From Candidatus Cloacimonadales bacterium (lineage in GTDB: Bacteria > Cloacimonadota > Cloacimonadia > Cloacimonadales > JAIOQZ01): a stretch of 64,000 nucleotides of DNA. A program made the translations under genes and the position numbers. The notes beneath the pieces are model-generated. The model did no database searches. It was not told where the DNA came from and saw nothing but the letters and a program-made list of their open reading frames with translations. Of this stretch, positions 52,068-61,705 are shown piece after piece; position 1 is the first letter of the stretch, and each line of letters begins with the position of its first letter. Location of the stretch: NCBI GenBank assembly GCA_963665815.1, contig OY762463.1:2048001-2112000 (forward strand), in the 5' to 3' direction.

Positions 52068-54155
52068 GTGCAGATGAAAAGAATTTTAGCATTGATAATT
52101 CTCGTTATGACTCTGAACATGTTTGCTGCTGATGATAAAGGCTTAACTCCGATCATCAATTACAGGGACTTGAAAAAGAGAGAGGCAGAAAAGAAAAAAG
52201 AGACTCCGAAGGTAGTTAAAAAGGAAGTAAAGAAACCAGCTAAGACAGAGCCCAAAAGAGAAAAAGTTAGCAGAGATAAAATTAAGAAAACTGATTTGCT
52301 TGATCTGGATAAACTACCGGAAAATGTTTTCTATAAAATAAACAGGCTGAACGTCAATGATCTGAACATTAAAGATGTTCTTCGTGGAATTGCAGTTGAA
52401 TACAAGATTAATCTGATTGTTGAGGAATCCATTAACAAGAACATTACAATTTCTCTCTCTGACATCAGCGTTATAGACTGCATTCTCTTTTTATGCGATG
52501 AGTACAACCTTGATATTCACCAGAACAGAGCAATACTGAGAATTACTGATGCTGTCATTGAGAAAGAAACTATCGGAGAGATTGAGCCTAATGAAATTAT
52601 CATTCACAATGATACTCTGACAGTTGATTTCAAGAATAAAGATGTCCAGCATGTACTTAAGACTATGTCAAAACTGAGTGGAAAGAATATTGTCTTCAAT
52701 AACTCGATTCAAGGCAGAATTAACGGATTTCTCAGAAATGTTGATTTCGAAGCAGGGCTGAAAATCCTTATGGAAAACAGTGGATTTACTCTTAACAAAA
52801 AGAATGGAATCTACTATGTAACAGTTGACGCTCAAGCCCAAAATAAGCAGAGACCAGGGTCCGCTCGCAGATCAGGTGTATGGATTACAGTTAATGAAGG
52901 GAAAATCTCATTTGATGTGAACAATGCAGACATCACCAGAATCATCAATGACATTTCTCAGGAACTCGATATAAGTATTATCACATACGGTTCACCCAAA
53001 GGAACACTTACAGCTAAATGTAAAGATCTGGATATCAATACAGCATTAAATATTATCCTGAAGGGAACTGAATTTACTTATAAAGAGGATAACGGAATTT
53101 ATGTTGTAGGCAATAAAAGCATAAGCAGTCTGATTTCCTCTAAACTGATAAAATTAAAACACATCAAAGCTGACGGGATAACTGCCCTGATTCCTGAGAC
53201 AATCATGAAAAATGCGACTCTCAAGGTAGTTAAAGAACAGAATGCTCTTATGGTAATATCCACCAATGATATTATTTATGATCTTGAAAGCTATATAAAA
53301 CAGATAGACTTACCAACTCCACAGATTCTGATAGAAGCTCTGGTTGTAGACTTTAATACATCGGATATACGTGATCTGGGAGTAATGATGGGCGTAAATA
53401 CAGCCCTCGGAGATTCATCTTCTTCATTCAAAAACTATTCTCTTCTGGATGTTGGTTTTGATAAAGACGGAAGATTATATTCTCAACAGAATGCACACTC
53501 TCTGAATAAAGGTCTTGAGCAGGTAAGTAAATGGGCAGGAGTGAAGAACATTGGAGTACTTCCGTCAAATTTCTATGCCAAGATTCAGGCTTTGGAAAGC
53601 GAAGGAAAAGCAAATGTAAAGTCCAAACCTCAGATTGCAACCTTGAACGGGCATGAGGCTAATATATCCGTTGGTACGACACAGTATTACATACTTAAAT
53701 CTACTACTCCAATAAAAAGTAATGATGATGTTATTACTCAGGAATCGGAGAAGTTTGAAGAAATAACAGCAAATGTCACTCTAACTATTGTTCCCTGGGT
53801 CGGATCATCAGGAGATGTAACTGTGGAGGTTCATCCTGAATTCAAAACTCCGGTAGGTTCATTTAATTCTTCCACTCCGCCAACGATTAACGAACGTTCT
53901 CTCGACTCTACAGTCAGGCTGAAAGACGGTGAAACAATCATTATGGGTGGACTGATTCAGGAATCAAACTCAAAGACATTCAAGAAAGTCCCAATTCTGG
54001 GAGATATTCCGCTTATCAAACACCTTTTCCGTTTTAAAGGACGCAACAACAGCAAGACAGAGTTAATGATATACATTACTCCACATATCTTCTATGGTGA
54101 TGAAAATGATTCTAAAAAATGGGAACTGATAAAAAGCGAATACGAGAAGAAATAA
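52068..54155 (+). CDS. gspD: Secretin GspD/PilQ
   Basis: Signal peptide; IDLP.PQILIEA, P.IATLNG..A.I.VG, KVPILGDIP..LF, ELMIYITP. Confidence 0.93.
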   Translation: MQMKRILALIILVMTLNMFAADDKGLTPIINYRDLKKREAEKKKETPKVVKKEVKKPAKTEPKREKVSRDKIKKTDLLDLDKLPENVFYKINRLNVNDLNIKDVLRGIAVEYKINLIVEESINKNITISLSDISVIDCILFLCDEYNLDIHQNRAILRITDAVIEKETIGEIEPNEIIIHNDTLTVDFKNKDVQHVLKTMSKLSGKNIVFNNSIQGRINGFLRNVDFEAGLKILMENSGFTLNKKNGIYYVTVDAQAQNKQRPGSARRSGVWITVNEGKISFDVNNADITRIINDISQELDISIITYGSPKGTLTAKCKDLDINTALNIILKGTEFTYKEDNGIYVVGNKSISSLISSKLIKLKHIKADGITALIPETIMKNATLKVVKEQNALMVISTNDIIYDLESYIKQIDLPTPQILIEALVVDFNTSDIRDLGVMMGVNTALGDSSSSFKNYSLLDVGFDKDGRLYSQQNAHSLNKGLEQVSKWAGVKNIGVLPSNFYAKIQALESEGKANVKSKPQIATLNGHEANISVGTTQYYILKSTTPIKSNDDVITQESEKFEEITANVTLTIVPWVGSSGDVTVEVHPEFKTPVGSFNSSTPPTINERSLDSTVRLKDGETIIMGGLIQESNSKTFKKVPILGDIPLIKHLFRFKGRNNSKTELMIYITPHIFYGDENDSKKWELIKSEYEKK

Positions 54156-55444
54156 TGGTTCCATATTTATCCAAAACTATTACAGCCATATCGTTCGACG
54201 ATAATCTGCTGAGAATTCTTACCTGTAGAAGAACGCTGAATAAAACCGATATTCTTGTTAAAGAACAGGTTGAGCTGCATGATGAGAACCTATGTGAAGC
54301 CGTACAGGAACATGTAAAACTCAGAAACGATTCTCTGTATATGCTGCTTCTTCCTGATTCTCTCGTGGAGACTATGGTTATAGATGTCCATGAACAGCTT
54401 GATGAAGATGAACTTGATGACTGGATTCATGATCACTGGGTTGCAGGAATTACAGAAAATCCTGAGATTTATCAATACAGGTACATGCAGTTAAACGAAG
54501 AAAAATTCCTTGTTGCATTTATTGAGAAAACAATTATAAAGCAGCATACAGAACTGTTCAAAAGAATAGGAATCGATTTGTTTTTCATTGGAGCTTCTTC
54601 TTTAACAATAGGCTCAGTTCTTGCAGAAGACGAAAAACTGAAAAGTAAGCATATCTGTATTTCCAAAGCTATTGGTGAAGACATGTCGTTATACAGCGTG
54701 TTCCATGAAAGTAAACTAATTGATTTTGCTGTTGAGGATAATCAGACCAGAATTACTGATTTTATGCATGTAGACGAACAGATAAAGAGTGACAACCTGA
54801 AGGATCTGGAAATCTCAGGAGTAACAGGTGACTTTTTCTCCAACTACGGGGCAATTCTGGAATACTACAATACAAAATCAGTTAGTCTTAACTTTGCTGA
54901 GGATAAGGACAAGGCTTTTGTCTCAATTGCCAGATTCAACACAACAAAACTCCTGATGCTTCTGGTTTTTGCTTTCGCTGTTGTGTACGGTATCCCCGGA
55001 ATAAGTAATTTACTGCTGAGTAATACTCTCAGTTCACAGTCGGAGCAACTTGCAGTGCTGAAAGACAAAACGTCTCTTCTGAAGAAAGAAGAAAAGGCTA
55101 TTGAAGAAATGAATAATGTCTTCAGGCAGACAAACAAGCTTAGCAATAAGAAATCAGAAATGGCAGCTTATCTGGAAGTTATTGGAAAACATCTACCGGC
55201 AGATACCTGGCTGACTGATCTTGATATAGAAAACACTGACAACAACACTATAGTAACAGTAGAGGGTTATTCCTTCGCAAATACAAAAGTATCTGCTTAT
55301 CTGCAGAATCTGGAGAAAACAGAGATCTTTTCCTCCGTTAAGTTTCAGAAGATGGAGCATATCACAAAGGATTTCCCGGTTGAAGTCTCCAATGCAAGCA
55401 GTATGTACATTTTTACAATTGAGCTGAAGAGAGGTGAAAAATGA
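54155..55444 (+). CDS. GspL-like (PilM/PilN-like fusion)
   Basis: Cytoplasmic domain, one TM, coiled coil, LP.DTWLT.L..VEG PilN-like tail. Confidence 0.75.
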   Translation: MVPYLSKTITAISFDDNLLRILTCRRTLNKTDILVKEQVELHDENLCEAVQEHVKLRNDSLYMLLLPDSLVETMVIDVHEQLDEDELDDWIHDHWVAGITENPEIYQYRYMQLNEEKFLVAFIEKTIIKQHTELFKRIGIDLFFIGASSLTIGSVLAEDEKLKSKHICISKAIGEDMSLYSVFHESKLIDFAVEDNQTRITDFMHVDEQIKSDNLKDLEISGVTGDFFSNYGAILEYYNTKSVSLNFAEDKDKAFVSIARFNTTKLLMLLVFAFAVVYGIPGISNLLLSNTLSSQSEQLAVLKDKTSLLKKEEKAIEEMNNVFRQTNKLSNKKSEMAAYLEVIGKHLPADTWLTDLDIENTDNNTIVTVEGYSFANTKVSAYLQNLEKTEIFSSVKFQKMEHITKDFPVEVSNASSMYIFTIELKRGEK

Positions 55445-55959
55445 CACATTCAACTCGATTCTGGCAAATGCTTTCCATTGTGGGAGGAGTATTGATCCTT
55501 GTTCTGCTGAAATCATTAGCTATCCCTGAAGTTATTACTCTTACAGGTAATATAAAGCAGATCACTGTTAATAAAAAACTGATTGAACAGAGTATCAACT
55601 GGGAAGAAAACCTGCAAAGTCTGCGAGTCAAGAAGAAAAGGCTTGAGAATAAGTATCAGGATGTGATAAGCAGAAACTCTTTCCGTAACACTGCCGATAT
55701 CCCTGTTCTGATTGATCAGGTATGCAAGAAGAACAACGTCAGCCTTGTAAAGATGCAGCCTGTTTCCGAGACAAAGAAACAGCAATACACTATCGCTGTG
55801 ATAGAAGCCGAGATCAACGGATCATATAAGGATTCCGGACTACTGATTGAGGAACTGGAACAACTCCACGATAATATCTATATCAGTCAGATTGAGATGA
55901 CTACAGAGAGTAAACAGCTTCATACTAAGATTGTGTTTGAGACAACGCTAATATACTGA
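55441..55959 (+). CDS. GspM/PilO-like protein
   Basis: N-terminal TM, coiled coil, GSY..LIEELE. Confidence 0.7.
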   Translation: MTHSTRFWQMLSIVGGVLILVLLKSLAIPEVITLTGNIKQITVNKKLIEQSINWEENLQSLRVKKKRLENKYQDVISRNSFRNTADIPVLIDQVCKKNNVSLVKMQPVSETKKQQYTIAVIEAEINGSYKDSGLLIEELEQLHDNIYISQIEMTTESKQLHTKIVFETTLIY

Positions 55960-55977
55960 TGAGAAGGACATACTCTA

Positions 55978-56448
55978 ATGAATAAATACAGAAAATTGTT
56001 CACCGTGTTACTGATAATTGCCGCTATAGTTGTCTGGGGATCGTTCTTTGTGAGAGTAAAACAGGCAAAGGCAGAGGACAGCCAACAGACAGCATCCATA
56101 GACAATAAAGTAATTGAAACCACCAGAACTGACAGCCTGAACATAGATTTTATGGGTAGTTTCCGTGATCCGTTTGCCCACACTCCTGCTCCAGTGGAAA
56201 AGAAAAAAGAAACCCAGCCAAAGCATTACCCAAAACCAATTGTCCAGCGACCAGACATAAATATTACCGGTGTAATAGGTAAAACCCTGATACTTGAGTT
56301 TAAAGGTAAATCCATGGTGCTAAGCCAGGATGAACAGGCAGAATTCGGGCTGATATACAGCATAGAACCTGACTCTGTTATAGTGCAGGTTAAAGATAAC
56401 TTTTTTACCTATAAACTGGCTAAGGACAACAGGATGGAGTTGGAGTAG
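55978..56448 (+). CDS. PilP/GspC-like protein
   Basis: N-terminal TM, RDPF motif, ITGVIG beta domain; last gene of the cluster. Confidence 0.65.
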   Translation: MNKYRKLFTVLLIIAAIVVWGSFFVRVKQAKAEDSQQTASIDNKVIETTRTDSLNIDFMGSFRDPFAHTPAPVEKKKETQPKHYPKPIVQRPDINITGVIGKTLILEFKGKSMVLSQDEQAEFGLIYSIEPDSVIVQVKDNFFTYKLAKDNRMELE

Positions 56449-56503
56449 CGGAATAATAATCCCATTAGAATAAAACCACGAAACCCACTAAAAGACACGA
56501 AAG

Positions 56504-56530
56504 AAAAAGCCAGAAAACATGTTTCTGGCT
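56504..56530. terminator. Right-array terminator family (also 58985-59013, 60417-60443, 62816-62842)
   Basis: AAAGCCAGAAAACATGTTTCTGGC hairpin at cassette ends. Confidence 0.75.
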
Positions 56531-56747
56531 AAGATATTATTACAGCTTAAAAAAGCTTACTGCTTTTGTTCTTTGTTGAGCATGCTCTCTAATTCATCAA
56601 AAATACTCATTTCCTTTTCTGAGAAATCAACTTTGAAATTTGAAATTGGATTCATCTCCTTTTTTACAAACCAGCTCTTAACTTTCTTAGTTACATTAAC
56701 ACCTACATCCGTTAGTACTTTTATTCCAGCCTTTATCCCTTTATGAC

Positions 56748-57197
56748 TTACTGAACCCAATCGACAGATTCTAAGCAAGTCATGGATTCCTTTGAAATAA
56801 CAGTATCACGATAAAAATCAATTTCTTTCAAAAGATATTTTATTCCCCCTAACCATTCAATATCTTCTTCCTTTCGTGCAATTGTAATTGCATTTTCAAT
56901 TTTGCTTATATCAATCAATGTTTTATTAGATTCTATTAGTAAGATTATATTTTGTGTCCCTGGCCAGTTTATATCCTGAAACCATTCAAGCAACAAATCA
57001 AAATTCTCCTGAACTTTTTCAAAATCTACTTTCCCTAGGAAAATAGATAATTTATACAATAACATTGTGCCTCGTACGAAAAATAGTTGTCTTAATAAAT
57101 TATCATCCGAACTATTGATCTCATTCAAAAGCTTGTTCATCTGTGAAAGATTATCTAAATCTAATTCTTCAAATTGTTTTCTAATTCTTTGTTTCAT
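56748..57197 (-). CDS. DUF5071-like putative immunity protein
   Basis: LLEWFQDINWPG motif recalled from that family. Confidence 0.6.
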   Translation of the reverse strand: MKQRIRKQFEELDLDNLSQMNKLLNEINSSDDNLLRQLFFVRGTMLLYKLSIFLGKVDFEKVQENFDLLLEWFQDINWPGTQNIILLIESNKTLIDISKIENAITIARKEEDIEWLGGIKYLLKEIDFYRDTVISKESMTCLESVDWVQ

Positions 57198-57261
57198 ATT
57201 GATTATCCTTATCATTTTATGGTTATAGATTGAAGTACTTTTGTCAATGGATGTGGACAAG

Positions 57262-57349
57262 TAAAGCTGTGTTACCTACGTACAATCCATCCTCCTTACT
57301 CCATATTATAGCTAAATTGAGCTCAGTAGTGGCAAATGGTCAAGGAAAT
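57262..57349 (-). promoter_or_regulatory. Repeated promoter/RBS module (also 58850-58925, 60270-60358)
   Basis: Minus strand TTGACC..TATAAT..TAAGGAGG-N5-TTG. Confidence 0.6.
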
Positions 57350-57398
57350 ATTGTTAAAAAGGGATAATCCCATTTGGATAGAACAACAAAAATAAGAT

Positions 57399-57514
57399 CA
57401 GACATAAACATAACCGGTGTAATAGGTAAATCCATGGTGCTAAACAAGGATGAACAGGCAGAATTCGGACTGATTTACAGCATAGAACCGGAATCTGTTA
57501 TAGTGCAGGTGAAG
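57399..57514 (+). pseudogene. Internally deleted copy of the 3' part of gene 55978-56448
   Basis: Matches about 56252-56395, with a deletion between two AGGTAAA repeats. Confidence 0.85.
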
Positions 57515-57521
57515 GTATACG

Positions 57522-57543
57522 AAAGCCCCTCGAAAGGGGTTTA
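57522..57543. terminator. Terminator-like hairpin
   Basis: AAAGCCCCT-CGAA-AGGGGTTT. Confidence 0.6.
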
Positions 57544-57568
57544 TAAATATTGATAAATTTTACCATAT

Positions 57569-57898
57569 CTAACTACTGAGTGCTTTGTATAGTAGATGGA
57601 CTAAGAACCCCATCGCTCCAATAAAAATTGAAGCTACCACACAAAAAACATAAATCCTCAAAGCAATGATGAAATAATACAATGACTTCCTATCACTTGT
57701 TGAATTTTTACATGCATCCTTAAGTTGTCTGAATGTTGGTCTATTATCAAGAAAATTCGAGGAGTTTAAGTTTTTGAAATCATTTTTATTATTCTTTTGG
57801 CTCAATAAATAAAATTCCTCATCAGTAAAATATATAAACCACTCAATAACAAAAGAAACTATCATCAAAAGTACTGCAATCACAGAGAAAATTCCCAT
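57569..57898 (-). CDS. Small 2-TM membrane protein, putative immunity
   Basis: Follows a Gly-rich CT; same architecture as 20295 and 22205. Confidence 0.65.
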   Translation of the reverse strand: MGIFSVIAVLLMIVSFVIEWFIYFTDEEFYLLSQKNNKNDFKNLNSSNFLDNRPTFRQLKDACKNSTSDRKSLYYFIIALRIYVFCVVASIFIGAMGFLVHLLYKALSS

Positions 57899-57908
57899 TT
57901 TATAGTCC

Positions 57909-58793
57909 TCAATCTAATTCATTAATAAGTTCTTGATCAACTGTGGTTCCATTCCCAGGTAGATTAACTGGTCCAATAATCTTGTTAGTCAACGACTGGC
58001 AGCTATTTTTAAAGTCATAATAATGTTTTTGAACCTGATAATAGAATTTGGATTCCCAAGAGTATGGAGCATTTTTATCTATTTCAGTCTTTGAATGATC
58101 AATATAAGCACTTGATCCTTTTGCTTTTCCCATACTTATGTTAAAACCAACGTACCATTTATCTAATTCTCTATCACGTATTATGTTCACTTCAGCACCA
58201 AAAAGTTGAATTATCGGATGTTCGGTTAAACCTGATACACCTATGTTTAGACCACGTCCAAGAAGAGAATTGGGGTCATTTGTACCGAAAAGAAATCCAA
58301 AACCTCCAGAAAGACCTACACCTCCTGCATAAGATCCTCCTTTAGAATCTGTACTGAATTGAATACCTTTGAAACCATTATCGTACCCAATTGCTCTACC
58401 AACTAGATACTCTTCAGTGTAACCCACATTCCATCTAGCTGAAGTAAATGCATATGCTACAGCTCTCCCATCCGGGTCAACAAAAATAATAGGATTGTTA
58501 GCACAATACACATAAGGGCTAAAGAATTCATCCGCCGGGTCAACTGCATGCCAGCGTCCTAACTCAGGGTCGTAATAACGCACTCCGTAGTGGTAGCTGT
58601 GAGCTTGCAGGGCATAGCCCGAAAGTCTCCAAAAATGAGCTCGTAGCCTCAGGCGAGAGTCTCCACTCCGAAGTTCGTAGGACGTGAGTCCGAGAACCAT
58701 AGGAGGTACATTATTCCCATCCTCATGCTCTTTTCCGTTATACAGGAACTTGTTGTCCTGCCCGGTATCAGAGGACATTCCACCCAGTCTCAT
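57909..58793 (-). CDS. Orphan Rhs core (hairpin insert in frame) + Gly-rich CT
   Basis: YNGKE..RYYDPELGRW..NNPIIFVDPDG. Confidence 0.85.
   Translation of the reverse strand: MRLGGMSSDTGQDNKFLYNGKEHEDGNNVPPMVLGLTSYELRSGDSRLRLRAHFWRLSGYALQAHSYHYGVRYYDPELGRWHAVDPADEFFSPYVYCANNPIIFVDPDGRAVAYAFTSARWNVGYTEEYLVGRAIGYDNGFKGIQFSTDSKGGSYAGGVGLSGGFGFLFGTNDPNSLLGRGLNIGVSGLTEHPIIQLFGAEVNIIRDRELDKWYVGFNISMGKAKGSSAYIDHSKTEIDKNAPYSWESKFYYQVQKHYYDFKNSCQSLTNKIIGPVNLPGNGTTVDQELINELD
58597..58715. repeat. Tandem-hairpin element, copy 5 (3 units)
   Basis: In-frame insert NVPPMVLG..LQAH. Confidence 0.88.
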
Positions 58794-59052
58794 ACCAAAT
58801 GGGTAATAGTGGATAATAATGATCTTCCTGTAAATTCGTTACGTTATTTCCTACGTACAATCCAGCCTCCTTACTCCATATTATAGCTAAATTGCACTCA
58901 TTAGCTGGAAACGGTCAAGAAAATATTTTCGAGATTACAATCCCATGAAGATAGAACCACGAAATACACTAAATGGCACTAAAGAAAAAGCCAGAAAACA
59001 TGTTTCTGGCTTTGCAAATTTGACTAAACTAATATTATATTTTATGCTTTCT

Positions 59053-59442
59053 CTAGTCCTTTTGTTTCGCGTAAATCATTTTGATTTTTAAAACTTTATC
59101 ATACCATGGATTATCTTTTCTTGCAATTAAATAATGTATAAATGCAGGAATAGGTGTAATACAATAAATGAGTTTTAAGACTAAACGAAGCAAAATTTTC
59201 TTGTTGCTTATTTTACCTTTTCTCTCAACATCAATTAAGCAAATATTGAATAACATCATGCCAAAAGTTTCCCCTTTTGAAAAAAAAGGCAAGACAATAT
59301 GATTGAAAAAGAAAAGCGAAAAAATGACATAGGGAGGACCAATGAAGTCCTTTGAATATGACTCAATTAAGTGTCCTAAAACAAAAATTATTATTGTTTC
59401 AAGATAGAACAATAAGAATCTTGGAATAAGTTTTACTATCAT
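59053..59442 (-). CDS. RDD-family membrane protein, putative immunity
   Basis: RFLLFYLE, GETFGM..I, LLR, WYDK; start after GAGGAG. Confidence 0.75.
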   Translation of the reverse strand: MIVKLIPRFLLFYLETIIIFVLGHLIESYSKDFIGPPYVIFSLFFFNHIVLPFFSKGETFGMMLFNICLIDVERKGKISNKKILLRLVLKLIYCITPIPAFIHYLIARKDNPWYDKVLKIKMIYAKQKD

Positions 59443-59531
59443 ATAATTACTCCTCATTTGGCCACAATTCCATTGGAGGTACTTTTAGCTCAACTCCTCC
59501 TCCAACAATTACACCTGCTTTCAGTCCTATA

Positions 59532-60293
59532 CTATGATCTCCCCCCCCAATCATGTCCATAGGAAACTCCAGCACCAATAGTGCCTATATCCCCATGTAA
59601 CCTCAGGGATGATCCATCATCATGGGTACTCTTGATACCAAGCTCTAGAGTAGTTACTGCAGCTTCTGCAGCAAATTTCAAACCACTTGTTCCTCCGACT
59701 GCTTTTCCTTTCAAAGATAATTTTGCGAAGTTTTTATCATAATCAAAATGTGCTCCTTCAGCATATGGATTAATAATTTTCCCCTCTTCCTTTACTGCCT
59801 GAGCTTCAAAACTCCCTTCAAAACCAAGTCTATCAAGACCAATATGAAATTTTATCTCACCTTTTATAACCCATTCCTTTGTAACTGTTCCATCCCAGAA
59901 TCTACTAATATTAATATATTTCTCATCTAATGTAAATGGAATTTCAAAAGCCCCATCCGGATCAAGGAAGTTCACCGGGTCGTTGTGGCAATACACATAA
60001 GGACTAAAGAACTCATCAGCCGGGTCAACTGCCATCCAGCAATGAGCTTGCAGGGCATAGCCCGAAAGTCTCCAAAAATGAGCTCGTAGCCGCAGGAGAG
60101 AGTCTCCACTCCGAAGTTCGCAGGATGCAAATCCGAGAACCATAGGAGGTACATTACTCTCATCTTCAAACTCTTTGTTGTTGTAGAGGAATTTGTTATC
60201 CACACTATTGTTAACGGATAATCCCGGAATCCTCATCCCGAACGGATAGTAATGATCTTTCTGGACTTTTAAAGCTGTGTTTCCCAGATACAA
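59532..60293 (-). CDS. Orphan Rhs core + Gly-rich CT, apparently frameshifted at a G8 tract
   Basis: DPVNFLDPDG; removing one G extends the frame to the stop at 59447. Confidence 0.8.
   Translation of the reverse strand: MYLGNTALKVQKDHYYPFGMRIPGLSVNNSVDNKFLYNNKEFEDESNVPPMVLGFASCELRSGDSLLRLRAHFWRLSGYALQAHCWMAVDPADEFFSPYVYCHNDPVNFLDPDGAFEIPFTLDEKYINISRFWDGTVTKEWVIKGEIKFHIGLDRLGFEGSFEAQAVKEEGKIINPYAEGAHFDYDKNFAKLSLKGKAVGGTSGLKFAAEAAVTTLELGIKSTHDDGSSLRLHGDIGTIGAGVSYGHDWGGRS
60040..60160. repeat. Tandem-hairpin element, copy 6
   Basis: In frame; also replaces YHY..LGR of the core. Confidence 0.88.
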
Positions 60294-60506
60294 TCCATCC
60301 TCCTTACTCCATAATATAGCAAAATTGCACTTATTAGCGGCAAATGGTCAAGGAAATTGTTCACTTGATTATAATCCTATTAGTATGAAGACATGAACTA
60401 CACTTTAGGACAAAGGAAAGCCAGAAAACGAGTTTCTGGCTTTGAAACAAAATATAGTTATTTAGCTTTATATGCTCCATGAAGCAATTTACGGTTAGTG
60501 TTTGAC

Positions 60507-61217
60507 TTATCGGTAATCAACATCAAAGGAAACATTTCCTTCAAATGTAGTATTTGCTGAAGACATTCTTGTATGTATTGATACTTGTCTAATTTTAAGT
60601 ATATTATGGATAATTTCAGAATTAAAAGTGAATTCTGTAGAATTTTTCATGTTTTCATTTGATAATTCTGATGTACATCCCTCTAGTACAATTAAGCTAT
60701 CAACAGTATTATAAGTATATGAAATAATGGATGATATATTATTATCTGTGACAGATTCCCTAATCAAAATATTATTCCCTTTTCTATTTACCTCATAGTC
60801 ATTTTCTTCTGACAAAATATTGAAGTAGTGTTCAAAAGACAAAACTATATATTCTTGAAAGGCGGTAATTTGATTTTCTATGCTGATATTTACTTGATTA
60901 AGACCATCAGCTTGCTGTTGAGATAGCTTTGATTGCTCTATAAAGAATATTTTTGGAGGTTCGACAATGAAATTCCCATCAACGTATTTTAGAATATAAA
61001 GTATGCTATCTGGTGATTCAATGTTGCCTTTTGCAAATCCATCCAACTGTTTTTCTGTATTAAGATAAAGTCTTTTAATCTCGTTGCATGAAATCTCTAC
61101 ATTTTTGTATTGATTAAGAAACTTCTGATTTAGAACCAGTTTATCTGTTATATCTCTAATATTATCACCATACAGCTTTGATATGAAAATTAACATTATT
61201 AATAATGAGAATCTCAT
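60507..61217 (-). CDS. Exported hypothetical protein
   Basis: Signal peptide; resembles the 21427 ORF. Confidence 0.6.
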   Translation of the reverse strand: MRFSLLIMLIFISKLYGDNIRDITDKLVLNQKFLNQYKNVEISCNEIKRLYLNTEKQLDGFAKGNIESPDSILYILKYVDGNFIVEPPKIFFIEQSKLSQQQADGLNQVNISIENQITAFQEYIVLSFEHYFNILSEENDYEVNRKGNNILIRESVTDNNISSIISYTYNTVDSLIVLEGCTSELSNENMKNSTEFTFNSEIIHNILKIRQVSIHTRMSSANTTFEGNVSFDVDYR

Positions 61218-61693
61218 AGAACATCCTTATCGTTTTTTAATAGTAATATGTTTTTGAAAAAATGTCTTAACATAATTACAGTGATTTTGTATCCAGATTG
61301 GTTCGAAATTAATGTATATAGCATAAGAAATGATAACAGGAGTAAAAAAGGAATCCAAAGAGAATACACTATATGGGCACTAAGTATAAGAGAGAAAATG
61401 GAATAAGATATACTCCAATAAAATCTGAAACGCAAAGTATAACTATGCTTCAATCTTATATCTATATTAAAACCGGAAATAATCATATTTTCTGAGGTTT
61501 GAGATGTAATATATTCACCAAAACTTAGATATTGATTATGTCTCTTACCAGAAAAAATGAGCATATTAAAAAGGGGAGGAATCAGTCCTATAAAAATAAC
61601 TAAATTAATGTTGTTTTCTGTTAGAATAGATGCAATGAAACAAAAAATAAGTAAAACCATTGTATCAATTGCGAATGAGATAAATCCTTTCAT
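61214..61693 (-). CDS. Multi-TM membrane protein, putative immunity
   Basis: About four hydrophobic segments; GGAG RBS; follows a CT. Confidence 0.65.
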   Translation of the reverse strand: MKGFISFAIDTMVLLIFCFIASILTENNINLVIFIGLIPPLFNMLIFSGKRHNQYLSFGEYITSQTSENMIISGFNIDIRLKHSYTLRFRFYWSISYSIFSLILSAHIVYSLWIPFLLLLSFLMLYTLISNQSGYKITVIMLRHFFKNILLLKNDKDVL

Positions 61694-61705
61694 TTTTTCT
61701 CCTTT

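Noticed and set aside
56557-56778. 73-aa ORF
   Set aside because: Overlaps its neighbour, no clear start; possibly a CT remnant but unsupported.
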